A DNA stretch of 64,000 bases from assembly GCA_964016885.1 (NCBI GenBank), contig OZ024741.1, positions 203,050,001 through 203,114,000 of the forward strand. The letters run 5' to 3'. Origin of the DNA: Eledone cirrhosa (Eukaryota). This document shows positions 45,121-58,502 of this stretch, one piece after another (the stretch's first letter is position 1; each line of letters starts with the position of its first letter). Below the pieces are notes generated by a model. It saw only the letters and a list, made by a program, of their open reading frames with translations, was not told the DNA's origin and made no database searches. The position numbers and the translations under genes were made by a program.

Positions 45121-47533
45121 GTATGTATACACGCACGCGGGCACACATATACATATTAGAACATTATATATATTTCTTATATAGTCACATATCTTCAAAT
45201 ACATATACGCGTACATATATATACCACCATAAGTTGACATTATCTCACAACTATTCTTAGTAAATAGAATATAGTTATCAACATATCCCCGACATTTTTT
45301 TTATGAAAACACCACCTGTTCAAATATGAAAGCTGGTATATTTAATGAATTGTTAATATTTACAGAAGAGAAGGAGCGCGGTAGCGGAGGCTAATATGGA
45401 ACATTGCTGGACTAAATGTTTTACAATATCTATTTACTTTCTGAGTCCAAACATTTTAGCTTTGATCTCCTAGGGGTTGATAAAACAAGCGCCAATAATA
45501 AACTGAATCAATTTAACCGTTTTGATACAAACACGCCCCTGGTTCTATGATACAAAACGGTTTGTCTCAAAGTCTTAAAGTGTTTATGTTTATTTTAAAA
45601 CCTTCCATCATAATTTTATGAAAGAACCTTTGTTAAGACATGTTCCAACAGCAGGGTCATAATGAGAAAGTTATCACTAAGTTCTTGTGTATTTCCAGAA
45701 TATTTTGAAAACCGTGTATTTCATTGGAAATATGGTAACAAAAGAGTTAAGGAAGCATAAATAAAATTAAAACAGTGGAACTGGATACTGAATAATCGTT
45801 ACAAATATGAATCATATGGGAAGAGAATTCTAATATATAATGCGTGTTGTTAGACCAGTGGTTCTTAAACAAGGACACTTGGCCAAGAGAGGAATTACGG
45901 AGGAACCCAACTGGGAAAGAATAGTGCACACTGTGTATATGTACATACATACATAGGACCTTTAATCTCTGATGGAGTTGTATTGGCGCGTACGTTTTGT
46001 GCACTGTAAATATGGTGGATCCCATCCCTCTCAAGGTCGAAACACAACCGATTTCTTCCATAGGACGAAATACAAAGAGAGAGAGAGAAAGGGAGATAGA
46101 GGATCAAACCCAACACTATAATTATCGACTTTGAAAGGGTGAAAGGCAAAGTTGACATCGGCCGGATTTGAATGCAGAGCGCAGTGAGCAGGAAAAAAGT
46201 ACCGAAGCATGTATAAATATTTTCGTTCATTGTCTTGTCCTCTGTTGATTTTCCTATGTATATCATTATTAAAATGTGACGAACGTGTTCTCACTTCTCC
46301 CTCCACACTCCATTAATTTCAAAGCTCACATTTTTAACACGATATCTTGCTTTCTTCTTCTTCTTCTTCTTCTGGTTTTTCATAATCGGTTTGTACCACG
46401 GAGTGTCGTGGATTCTGTCGATTTGGTTTAAAAAATGATCATTCGACTTTTTCCTTTCCTGGGTATTTATGTAACTAATAGCATTTTCTCTCTATTGTAT
46501 GGTGTTTTATAGTAATTTCGGATATTCTTTGATGAGGATTGTTGTTGTTCCTGTTTGTGATTGTGTTGTGGTTTCTGTTCCTTTGGGTATGTTAGGATCT
46601 ACGGTTTCAGAATATATCCTGTCTTGAGGTAGGGAGCACTTCGGTTCTTTTAGTGGGCTTATTGTGTTGTCATAAAGTTCTGGAATTGTCTCTGTAACTT
46701 TGGTGAATGTAGGTTTGACATTTTGGTACTGGTTTTGATAGTTGTGAGTGTGATTTGGACATTTTAACTTTTTTCAGTAATTGGTTATCAATATGGAATT
46801 TCTTTTAAAATGGCTGAACCAAACAAGATGCTTTTCCCATCGCTGAAGAGATGTAATTTTTTTTTATTTTCATAACTTTCTCTCCAAAGTTTGGTGATGT
46901 TTTCATGGCGTTGGTCGAAGGATTTGAACTTTTCTTCGTTGGAGTTGGCTCTTAGCCGTAATAACTCTACCTCCATTTTGAATTTTTCTAAAGCCATCTT
47001 TTTTGTTGTTTATTTTCTGGTTTTCAGGTTCATTCTGGATAGGCTTTATTTGAAGATTTTTTTTTGGGGGGGGGGGGGGGTGATTGGGATGGAAGTGAGC
47101 CACCTTTCATATGTGTCTGCTTTGTCGTTATTCTTTAGAAAATTCCAAAAGGTGAATTTGCGGGTTGTAGTATTTTGAGTCAATATATGAGTGTTTTTCA
47201 CTGAGTGGGTTTGTCATTGTAGATTTATTTCCGCTGGTTTTAAGCTTTGTTCTGGCTTTCGAAGCATTGCCGTCTCAATGGTTTTGCATTATTGATTTTG
47301 CATAATTGAAATTGGGTTATGACCGTTTGTTGAGGATTCTCTCCTTCTTCATGGAGTTCATTTGTATAATTGTGTATTTCATCAATTTTGATGGTCTCAA
47401 TTGAGAGCGTGGCGGAGATGTTTTTTTCATTCCTTAAGAATATCTTGGTTTAATGTGTCGTCTTGTTGGTTAGAATTTGGTGCTATTTTCGGTCCCCGTG
47501 TGGTAGGTATGTTTTTTAAAGTAAGGATTTTGA

Positions 47534-48543
47534 TATGTCCTACACGTGCAAAAATATAGGAATACGCAGTTGAAATGCAATTGGAGTCTTTAAGAGATTT
47601 ATCTACAATAATTTATAACTTTACCGGTTTCTAAGATTCATGATTTTCAAAAGTTAAGAGAGATGGAGAGATGTGTTCTAACTCGCATCTAACTGATGTT
47701 GGGAATTTCATTCAGTTTTATGCAAAAAGTGATATTTAGTGGTACGCTCGCGCCAATAAAACGGGAGTGTCGTCCACACAGTCACGTACACTTCTTGTTA
47801 ATTTTGCTGATGGGGTCATTATTATTATAGTTGTCATTATGATAGTGATGTTAATGGTAACAATAATGATTATTATGATTGCTATTTTGGTTGTTATTGT
47901 TATTGTTATTTGGACGTAGCAGGGAAAAAAAACTAGCAACCCACAAACATATTAAAATATTCCTGTACTTTTGAATTTTGGGGATTACCACAAAAGCATT
48001 ACCAACTTTCCTTGACAGCATGAATTGCTACTGTCCATATTCACTAAGACATGAGACTCCCGTTTTATGGTGTGAAAGTACCACCAAATTCGGTGCCTAA
48101 TACCGTGATGATCCTCAGCTTATCAAATTATACTTTAAACTCGAGTCACTTTTCTGCAAAAACCTGAAAGGTCCATGACTCTCCACATTTTTGGCGCAAA
48201 ATGAACCCCAAATTCGATGCCTAATCATGTGATCTTCCTCAACCTATCAAATTGTACTTCAAACATATAGCAATCTGAGCCACATGTTTTGTATAAAACT
48301 GAAACTGAATGAAATTCCCAATATCAGTTAGATGAGAGTTACAAGTCGGCATAGCCACACATCTCTCTATCGCTCTTAACTTTTGAAAATCATGAATCTT
48401 GTGAAACTTCTAGAGATGAATTATTGTGCATGGCTTCAGCCGGATGGTTGGAACAGATAAAAAGAGTAAAAGAGTAAACCTTCTTAAAAACTCCAATTGC
48501 ATTTTCAGCTTCCTTTTCCCATATTTTACCCATGTTGGACATA
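47534..48543 (+). mobile_element. Older inverted-tail cassette (U3-A8 HHR family) with a ~560-bp spacer
   Basis: Arms at about 47534-47726 and 48287-48543. The left arm's minus strand (47617-47655) reads AACTT TTGAAAA tcatgaatctta GAAAC CG GTA AAGTT. Confidence 0.75.
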
Positions 48544-48953
48544 TTTTCGAAACACACTCTGCGATGTGGTCACCGACAGAATCGCATTGTGTGTAATTGG
48601 TAAAAAAACAACTCTGTAATATTTATATATGTGTTGTTGTTTTCTATCCGGCAAATGACGTGATCTGAGACCGAGTGCCGTAGCTAAAACAATTATTGAG
48701 TTCACTTGTCAATTTAGTTGTCTAAAATATTCAGTGGTATTCTGTCAGTGACCAGATCGCAGAGTGTGTGTGTGTACAGTATATAAATAGAATTGAATTA
48801 GGATTTAGCTTCATGCATAGCTGTATACTTAGAATTTCGTATTTCTAAAGAAATATGGTATGTTTATTGGTAAACATTTAGAAAGCCGTAGCTATGAAAA
48901 ACACCGGGGCTATCACCCTTTGGAGGTGTTCAGCAGAAGCAAGGGTGACAATT

Positions 48954-48991
48954 GTCGATGCATTTCGAACTTAACTGGATCTCATCAGGAC
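48954..48991 (-). ncRNA. Minimal hammerhead ribozyme (AUC site)
   Basis: Minus strand reads GTC CTGATGA gatc-cagttaa-gttc GAAA TGCA TC GAC. It lies inside a ~340-bp unit bounded by ~40-bp direct repeats. Confidence 0.7.
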
Positions 48992-49194
48992 GATCCCTCC
49001 CACTCTTGCAACTGCTGGACTTGAACATAGGCGAGAATATGTGGTTTTCTCGTCTGTATAAATGAGGTGATTAATCTCATTTACATATGAAGCTGTATAA
49101 GTTGGCTCATCTTATAATAAAATAGAATAGAATTAGGATTTAGCTTCATGTCTAGCTGTATACAGATATGTAAAGACATTTCTATTTATTTCTA

Positions 49195-49590
49195 TTATAA
49201 GCGGAGCCAACTTAAGCAACTTATACGATCGCGAATACAAGCGGCCGAAAAGGGATTCCTCCGAAGGGTCGATAACGTGCATAGCTCGGAGACCAGAGAG
49301 TCACTCCAGATAGAGCCGCTACTTCTCCGAATTGAGAGAACACAACTCCGGTACTATGGGTATGTGGTTAGAATGTCTCAGGAAAGAATGGCTGGACAAA
49401 TTTTACAGGCGAAACCTACAGGGAGGACACCAAGGGGTAGACGCCGAGCAAGATGGTTGGATAACATCCTTGAGCTTGGCTGGTCTCGCTTGGGGATCCA
49501 ATTGGAGACTGTTGCTTCTGTCAGGACTCTCTGGAGCAAGTGTTTGAGGACTCTTCTCCCACGACCCTCTCAGGAATAAGTTGGCAAAGA
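49195..49590 (+). mobile_element. RTE-clade (Expander/Rex3-like) LINE 3' fragment
   Basis: 'RIQAAEKGFLRRV', 'EPLLLRIERTQLRYYGYVVRM' and 'PTGRTPRGRRRARWLD'. Confidence 0.88.
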
Positions 49591-51006
49591 AGAAGATATA
49601 TATGTATATATATGTATATATATGTGTGTGCGTGTATGTGTGTGTATGTGTGATTGTGTGTTTGTGTGTGTGTGTGTGTGGAGACATTGTTCGATATAAC
49701 GATGGACTCCTTTTATATCTCTGTTTTTGAGAAGTCAGTGCAAACATTTACTCCAGTTATTGTGGCTGATGAATATATCAGCATAAATACCTGCTTGAGA
49801 AATTACTGAATTAAAACAACCATTGATATGATGATTGAGCAATATGAGTGAAAATTCTAAATTTATATTTTTACTGCATGATGAAGTTGGCTTAAAATTG
49901 AAGTAGCCCAATTTGCCTTCCAAAAAATATTAAGAATGGATAAAGGGACAAATTCTAAAATGAGAGTATACTTGCAGTTGGATCTCCAATCGGCCATTGT
50001 TATTAAAACTAAATTTTATGGCGGTGGATCGGACTAAATGATTCAACTCCCATTGCTGTCAACTTTGCTTTTCTTCCTTTCCGAGTTAAGTACTGGGTTG
50101 ATATAATCTACTTTCTCTCTCACCATCATCAACATTGCTGGTATTGTGTCTAAATTAGAAACCGTTATTAAAACTAATAGTTGCGTAAACATCCGGTAGG
50201 TTACGAAGCGTTTGGGAAAATTTGAAATGTAGTGATCCAAAGACATAACTCTAATCTTAGTTGATCCCTTTACTTTACCAGATTTTTTCAAATATCAGCT
50301 ATACTTAACTGCGTTAGGGCAACTACATTTCAAATTTCTAATAGTAACATATTGATAATGTAAGAATAGTTTGTGAGATGTCTTTACGAAGCGGAAATTT
50401 CAACTGTGATGACGATATTTGACAGTTTCTTTTTAGTTTGTTTTTGTAAAGTGTTTTAACATGTTTAGTCCAGCGGACTACTTTTCATCGCATTAACATT
50501 TTATTGATCACATCTATTGGCATTATCTGTCGACAGCCTTCTCGTCGCGTTATTAGGAAAGGTTTTCCTGATCTTTGTTACACGTGTCAGTTTGAATGCT
50601 TGTTATCCTGATACTAACTAGTAATATCACTACTTCCTTGTCACTTATCGGCCTGTTAGTTTCATAGATCTCATCAACCATTTATCGGACTCAAATGTTA
50701 ACTATCAGCCACATAGTCAGTCAGGCAATCTCTTCCATCTGCCATTCTCTCATCTTGCTCATTTAACTCACTTAGTTTCTTTTTTGTGTGTGGGTGGGGT
50801 GGGGTGGGGGTGGGGTGGTTAATCGGTTTTACTAGTCTTAACAAAGGCAACAAATTGGCAGAGTAGTTAGAACGTCGGATAGAATGCTTTGCGGTTTTGA
50901 AACTGACTCTCTGTGTTCTTAGTTCAACTACCGCCAAGGTCGACTTTTTTCATTCTTTCGATGACGATAGAAAATACTATTATAGTACTGGGACGATTAT
51001 TCCACC

Positions 51007-51105
<99 letters not shown>

Positions 51106-51664
51106 GTGGTAGAACACTGGAAGGTAATATCCGTAGTGGTAGACCACTCAGTCCATGGAACGAGTTAGGTAGAAGTGGTTACACAACAGTTAGTTCACCA
51201 TACCGAGAACAATTGTTTCACCTTAGCGGATCCTCATCTCGTAATGGAAAGCCATCACTAAGTCCAAGCCATACGCAAGGGGAAATCCGTCGTGTGGACT
51301 ATGTATTGATGAATGAATAAATAGTCTAAAGAGATTATGCAATAGCGATTGCCTAAACACGAGAAATGAATTCTTCACGCGTTGTCCACACGTCTCGAAA
51401 GACCTCTTACGTAACTACAAAGATCCGGATTGAATTACAACAACATCCTAATTTTCTTATCAACTAGAAATTTTTCGGACTTTCGCAGTTACACCTCTCG
51501 CACGCATTTTAGTATTGCCTGTGTGAAGTCATCGTTTCTGCGCATGCGCGTAAGTACGGTTGTCCTTCCTGTTCCGTATAACCATGTCCATTACGAGCTG
51601 AGGATCCGCTAAGGTGAAACAATTGTTCTCGGTATGGTGAACTAACTGTTGTGTAACCACTTCT
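51106..51664 (+). mobile_element. 5'-truncated PLE with endonuclease C-terminus, HHR and inverted tail
   Basis: Arms 51171-51248 and 51587-51664. The spacer encodes 'WKAITKSKPYARGNPSCGLCIDE*...LNTRNEFFTRCPH'. HHR at 51592-51634: TACGAG CTGAGGA tccgctaaggt GAAAC aatt GTT CTCGGTA. Confidence 0.88.
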
Positions 51665-51671
51665 CGCTCTT

Positions 51672-51779
<108 letters not shown>

Positions 51780-51959
51780 ATCAGTTTGACAATCGCCACC
51801 GACGAATGCGAGAAAGTTCTCCAGGAAAGTTAACCAGGAATCTTTTAAAATCTTCCCACCAAAGTTAACAAAGAACTTATTAGATCTACCAAATCATAAT
51901 ATTATAAAATTAAATCAAATTGTTTAGAACTACGAATAAAGTATTTCTTTTCCTTATTT

Positions 51960-52016
<57 letters not shown>

Positions 52017-52020
<4 letters not shown>

Positions 52021-55000
52021 ATAATAAATTTGAAGACTAAAATCCAAAGAGGGCTCGATAAGGATAAATATATATCAGATATATAAGAACAGTAGAGCAA
52101 ATATTTGCTCTACGGTTCTTATATATCTGATATATATTTATCCTTATCGAGCCCTTTTTGGATTTTAGTCTTCAAATTTATTATTACTGTTTGGCTCCCT
52201 CGGTTGAGCACTCTATTGACTTATATTCATCATGCAGAAACAAAATCTGAATATTTCTACAAAGAACATACCCGTACCAAGCAGGAAAACATACCTAAAA
52301 CTCCTGATACAGAAAACAGACGTGTTCATTAAAAGGTTGCGATGGCGTGCCTTTTATTTCGATAATCAGGGCAAAGCAGACAACAAACATGATAAATTTG
52401 GGTTTAAAACCTATAATAACCCTCCGAGTAACCCAGCATTGCTACCCTTCAAAAATGATGTCTTGGAACTCATATGGAGTATCAAATTTCGGAATAGGAG
52501 CAATTCCTTCCTGCAGTACCTGAAGAATAGAATTCGTTCTCTTAAGGATTCTAATGCCGTGCACGTCCACTCCGACAAAACTGGCAATCTATATCAAGTG
52601 GAGCGCAGTACTTACCATCAATTGCTACATAACGCTGTAACTAAGGATTACCGTAAAACTAATCGGAGAGTCATTAATGAAATCAACGATGCTAGGTTTA
52701 AAATCACCTCTGATCTCAACATCCTGGACCGAACTGAACCTCTGGACCCTATTTCTCCTCACTTTACCCCGAAGGATCACAAATCCAATTTCCCGAACAA
52801 CCCCTCTATTCGGCTTATTAACCCTACAAAGTCCGATTTAGGTAGACTTAGTAAAAGGATTTTAGATAGAATTATACCTGAAAGTAGAAGTTTGGCCCCT
52901 TTTGCACTGTGGAACAATTCTTTTGCGGTGATTGATTGGTTCAACAGCATATGCAACAAGGAACATTGCCGTTTTATCCAATTTGACATCAACAATTACT
53001 ACTCTTACATCACTTTACCACTTCTTCTTAGAGCTATCAATTTCGCTAAAACACTCACAGTGGTTAAGGATTTCGAAGTTGATGTCATCCTCAATGCCCG
53101 TAAGTCGGTGATTAATTTCGACGACTTTATTTGGATTAAAAAATCAAATAGTACCCCATTCGACGTGAGTATGGGCGCCAGCGATTCTGCGGAGGTTACT
53201 GATCTTATCGGCCTTTTCCTTATTTTCTCTATCAAGGAAGAATTCCCCAACGTGGGCGATGGTTTGTACCGTGATGAGGGTCTTTTCATGACAAAGTGTG
53301 GCCCACGTGCTTGCGACAGGTTCAGAAAGGAACTCACAGCCTTCTTTAAAGGCTTCACCCTCTCCATAGAGGTTAAGGCCAACCTCTTGGTCGTTAATTA
53401 CCTCGACGTTACCCTCAATTTGTCGAATGGCTTGCACTACCCGTATAGAAAGCCGAATTATACGCTTAATTACATAAGTAAGCATTCTAACCATCCTGCC
53501 AGCATAACCAAGAACCTGGTAAGAAACGTTTCTTTGAGGCTTTCCCGTCTATCTACAAACGAGCATATTTTCAACGACCATTCCACATATTACTATGAAG
53601 CTCTTGCTCGGAGTGGATTTGTCGATAAGGTAGCGTATACAGAGTACGAGAATAGACCTAAAAAATAGATTCCGACGCATTATATGGTATAACCCACCAT
53701 ATAATATGGAGGTGGCCACACCATTAGCTAAGATCTTTCTCTCCCTTATTATGAAGCATTTCCTCCCAGCACATAAATATAGTAACATTTTTAATAGAAA
53801 TACCATTAAAATTTCTTACCCTACGACTCCTAACCTTGCACATAACATCACAGCTTCAAATTTAGCTAAATTACCTAGCCGTAGGAACACGTGCAACCCT
53901 GTAACTAGTACTAACTGTAATTGTAGGAATCGGGTTGACTGCCCCCTATCCGGGAAATGCCTCTCTAGTAACATTGTCTACAAATGTAAGGTTAAAACAC
54001 CCACCCCGTAGGGCCTACATAGGGTTAACCGCCAATAGATTCAAGCAGCGTCTTTACATGCATACCCATTCTTTTCTTAACACTTTAAGAAGGAATATGA
54101 CGTCACTTCCAGCTTATATCTGGAGTCTTAAAGACAACTATACCCAATATAAGTTACACTGCGAGATCCTAGCTAAGGCTAGATCGTATAACGGAAATAA
54201 AAGACCATGTGACCTCTGCGCCGCTGAAGCCCTGGAAATACACTACGCCAAAGATCACATCTTAAACAAAAAATCTGAGGCAATTTCGGCTTGTAAACAT
54301 AAATTTCACAAAACTTTCCTGTATTACAGCCCCTCATTATACCCTAACGGATAGTACGAACTATACGCGGATATTTTACGTCTTGACGTGGTAGCTAAGT
54401 ATATGTTATGTTTATACCATTACTTATTTGTATATGTAAGTATATATTACCTGTATGTTTTGTGAAGGTACGTACACTTTCTCGTACGTATATGTTATGG
54501 CGTATATATTATATATACTGGTACATGTGCATTTGGTTATGTGTATACGTGAGTTTTGCGTCTGTGTGAGTATGCGGGTTCGTACGTATTTAGGGTGTAT
54601 GTATATGTGTACTTTGTGTTTTGGTTGACGTAGGTCCGCGAACATATGTGTATTTACATGTTGGTATGTGTGTGCGCGCATTATATACGTATTTATGTGT
54701 GTATATTTATATACGTTTATTAAATTGTATACACGCACACACACATATATATATATTTTTGTGTGTATTTGGTGTATACGTCCGTATGTGTGCGGGTACA
54801 GGCGTCGCGTGGGTTCTGTATATGCGTGCGGGTTTTTTTGTTTTTTTTTCGTGTACGTGCTTGTATTTGCATAGCCATGGCGAGTGTTTTGGCGTTTGCT
54901 TGGGTATGTACGTATTTGGATGCGTGTATGTATATATTTAATTATTGTTGATTTCAATGACCTCTGTAATCTATTTACATTATTCTTAACTCTGAAGCCG

Positions 55001-55430
55001 AGAATCATTCGGTTTCCTAAATAGAATATTAGTCTACGACTTCATTTATGCCATAAACGTGGTTTTGTCTTTGCGTGTAATTGTTTTCACCACACCAAAT
55101 AATGACGTATTATCTTCGTTTTTTCCCGTTATTTGCCAAGGAACGTTTCCACGAACCAAAGTATCGTCTTCCTGTCGTCTTTCGGTTGCAACGTTTTTTG
55201 AAATATTTACTTCTGCGTTCACAGATTGACTTTTTTAGTTTCAGAAGATCCCGTTAAGGGTGAAAGCAGCGATTCTTTGTTTAAACTTTAATCTGTTATT
55301 TTAATAAATATATATATATATATAGTAATAATAATAAATTTTAAGACTAAAATCCAAAGAGGGCTCGATACGGATAAATATATATCAAATATATAAGAAC
55401 CGTAGAGCAAATATTTATTAAAATATATAT
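52017..55430 (+). mobile_element. Near full-length Penelope-like retroelement (RT + C-terminal GIY-YIG), resembling the Hydra clade, inserted in (TA)n
   Basis: 5' 170-bp palindrome (52017-52187), ORF region, TG-rich 3' UTR, pseudo-LTR tail ending in TA at about 55310, then another inverted leader copy (55324-55423). Confidence 0.92.
52232..54354 (+). pseudogene. PLE polyprotein (RT + GIY-YIG endonuclease) broken by two frameshifts
   Basis: RT motifs 'FIQFDINNYY', 'MGASDSAEVTDLIG', 'GLYRDEGL' (DD to DE) and 'VNYLDVTLNL'. Linker 'CNCRNRVDCPLSGKCL'. EN 'IVYKC...YIGLTANRFKQRLYMH...CDLCAAE...LNKKSE..C.H'. Confidence 0.92.
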
Positions 55431-55527
55431 ATATTGAGTATATGCTGGTTGTTTACCGACACCTCAGTGTGCAGATTGGAGCACTCGACGAAGTACGCAG
55501 GATGGTTTGTTTCCTCCGGAGTAATGT

Positions 55528-55833
55528 AAAATAATTAAGTCAAATATGTAAAATTTGGCTTTGTTTATTATAAATTATAGACATACTGCTATATATATTT
55601 CGGTGGCAGCCATCAGTTCCTCAGAGAAATAACAACACAACCAGGCGCTGGACATATCGATGTATTGACGGAGTAAAACACACTTCAACAAGATGTGTAC
55701 CTGTCTTTCTCACACCAATTCGGACTGCCTGAAGAGGTCACAGCCAATGATGGCTGCCACCGAAATATATATAGCAGTATATCTATAATTTATAATAAAC
55801 GAAGCCAAATTTTACATATTTGACTTAATTATT

Positions 55834-55834
<1 letters not shown>
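55528..55834 (+). mobile_element. Inverted-tail cassette with HHR at 55724-55778
   Basis: Arms 55528-55615 and 55748-55834. HHR reads ACTGC CTGAAGA GGTcaCAGCCA-atga-TGGCTGccACC GAAA TATATA TA GCAGT. Ends in (TA)n. Confidence 0.88.
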
Positions 55835-55868
<34 letters not shown>

Positions 55869-56522
55869 TTTGCTTGTGTGAGGAAGTAACCAGCTCTGTT
55901 CAGACCTAGAGAGGGATGGGTTCGACCACATTTTAATGTATAAGATACGCCGTGTCAGGACACCGCCCATACGATTCCAACAGGCGTTAAGGATCACTAA
56001 TTTGTCAACATTTTAGTGTCTGGCTCTATTGTAGACACAATTAGTACCAGTCACTTTCTTTCACTATTAAAAAAAGGAAGAACTTCCATTCATACTAGAA
56101 GGTTCTTCGGCATTGCCGGGAAACAATGTATTGAACTGGTAGCTGATATGGATCATTATAATTCTACTGGATAGTAACGGCTGGAACACTTAGAGTCCGG
56201 ATGATCACAGTTGAAAAAGACTGTGAATGATCACTTGTGCAGCATCATTAAAAGACGTGGTAAATAGTCATGATACTGATGTCGTAGAGTAAAATGTAAG
56301 TTTGCCTGATACGCTTTCAATTCACTGCAATGTCTAGCTGTCATTTCGTCTCTTCTAAAATATTTTTCTTGTACCTAGTCAATAACGAATTTAGTCTGAA
56401 TTAAAAACGATGGTTATAAAACAACCTTTAAGTTATAAACATTTCAAATACATTACATAGCTTTTATTCTCAACTAAAAAGCAATTTTAACTTCATCAAC
56501 TTCTTTCGTTACCATATCTATA

Positions 56523-56940
56523 ATAATTGTTTCTACTTTTGGCACAAGGCCAGCAATTACCCCAGTACATTACTGGTACTTTATTTTATCAACCCCGTAA
56601 AGATGAAAGGCAAAGTTAACCTCGGCGGGATTTGAACTCAGATCGTAAAGGAACGTAACTACGCTGGAAAGCATGTCCGACCCTCTACCGATACTACCAA
56701 TTCACCGCCCTATATCTATAATAATGATTTCTGATTTAGGTACAAGGCCAACACATTTTGGGGAGGAGAAAGTCGATTAAATCGACCACAGTGCATTACA
56801 TGTGCTTTTCTATCGATCCCGTAAGGATGGAAGGCAAAGCGAACCTCGGCGGGATTTGAACTCAGGATGTAAAGGGCCGTAACTCTATGCTACAAAGTAT
56901 ATTGTCCGACGCTCCACTGACACTGCCAAGACACCGCCCT
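56523..56940 (-). mobile_element. Two stacked SINE copies with a repeated target duplication
   Basis: 'atatctataataa' at about 56514, 56712 and 56945 brackets the copies. Confidence 0.85.
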
Positions 56941-57562
56941 TACCATATCTATAATAAAAAATATGAATTTCAGTGCATGTGTCCACGGGTCTTTCATAAA
57001 ATCAAATATGCCATTGCAAGTTTATATCGTTCTTCTGTCACGAAACACATTTTGACTTTTAATTATAAGCGATACACTACACCACACGCTCCTAGAATAG
57101 AGGCTATAAAGTATCAGAGAATCGATAAAACAAACTGTTTTATTTGTAAACTGCAAAACGAACTATGTTGGGGAGCGTTTTTATAAATTGCACGCCAAAA
57201 GTTTTTCCCTTTCATACATTTATACACAATTATAGATATATTGCAAAACACACATACTTGAAATGAAAAGAATCGCCCGGAGGGTGATATTTCTGCTTTA
57301 TTCAAATAAAAGACATTGCTTGCAATTTTCAAATAATTTTGAAAATAATCAAAACTCGGAAATCATTTTGTGAGATATCTTTCTCATTATATTAAGTTGG
57401 TGTTCGGCACAATGGTTCTTACATAAAAACATGATGGAAGGTTTTTTGATAAATATAAACAATTTAATACAAAGCTTTGTATTGTAGAACATTGATTTCA
57501 GGTGGTCTGACATCCAGTTACTGTTAAACAATGAATACATATTCTTATTAAATCGTTTAAAA

Positions 57563-57790
57563 GGGCAGTGGATTGGCAATATCAGTAGGGCGTCGGACAA
57601 CATGCTTTGCAGTATAGAGTTTATGGTCTTTAACGTTCTGTGTTAAAATCCCGCCGAAGTTAGCTTTGCCTTTCATCCTTACGGGGTCGATAACGATAAA
57701 ATAAAGTATCAGTAATGCACTTGGGCCGATCTAATCGATTTTCCTCTCCCCAAAATTGTTGGCCTTATGCTTAAATCAGAAACCATTATT
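57563..57790 (+). mobile_element. Full-length SINE with TSD
   Basis: 'gggcagtggattggc' to 'aaccattatt', flanked by 'ttattaaat(c/a)gtt'. Confidence 0.85.
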
Positions 57791-58381
57791 AAATAGTTAA
57801 AAAAGGTTTTTTTTCAACTATATTTAATATGAACGAAGTGAACGAGGTTTCATCTTAGAATTTGCAGAAGATGGTTTATTTATGCCCAAGTTAAATCAGT
57901 ATGTGAGAATTGGTGAGAAACGGAGCTCTCATGAGTTGAATTATGCCAAAAATTATTTTTTAGCCAGAAAATAATAATTCATTATATACATATATTTCAC
58001 TAGTAAATCTGATATTTCGCAAGACTTCGAGAGTGAAGGTGTGATAAACAGATTAAATATCTTGTCATGCTGAAGCCAGTATTTAACGATAATGACAGAG
58101 CAACCCTACAGACAAGACATCTGAATAAATCATAGCCACTGATTCGGAAGCGGTTAAGTAGAGCGGAAGGCCAACCAATGACGGTTTTTACTTTGGACTT
58201 TGCCGACTCAGTCGTTGAATGTTGCGTATCCTCCCGGCTTTTTACTGTAATAAACGCATTCAACTGACTATTACAAGAGAATGTTCTAACAATCAACCTA
58301 CAAACCTATATTCATATATATACATACACACATACATATATAAATCTATACATACATATTGCATTATATATGTGTGAGTGA

Positions 58382-58502
<121 letters not shown>

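Noticed and set aside
46500-47520. Short minus-strand ORFs (e.g. MALEKFKMEVELLRLRAN...)
   Set aside because: They are fragmentary with no recognisable motif, and are probably decayed retroelement sequence, but I cannot support that.
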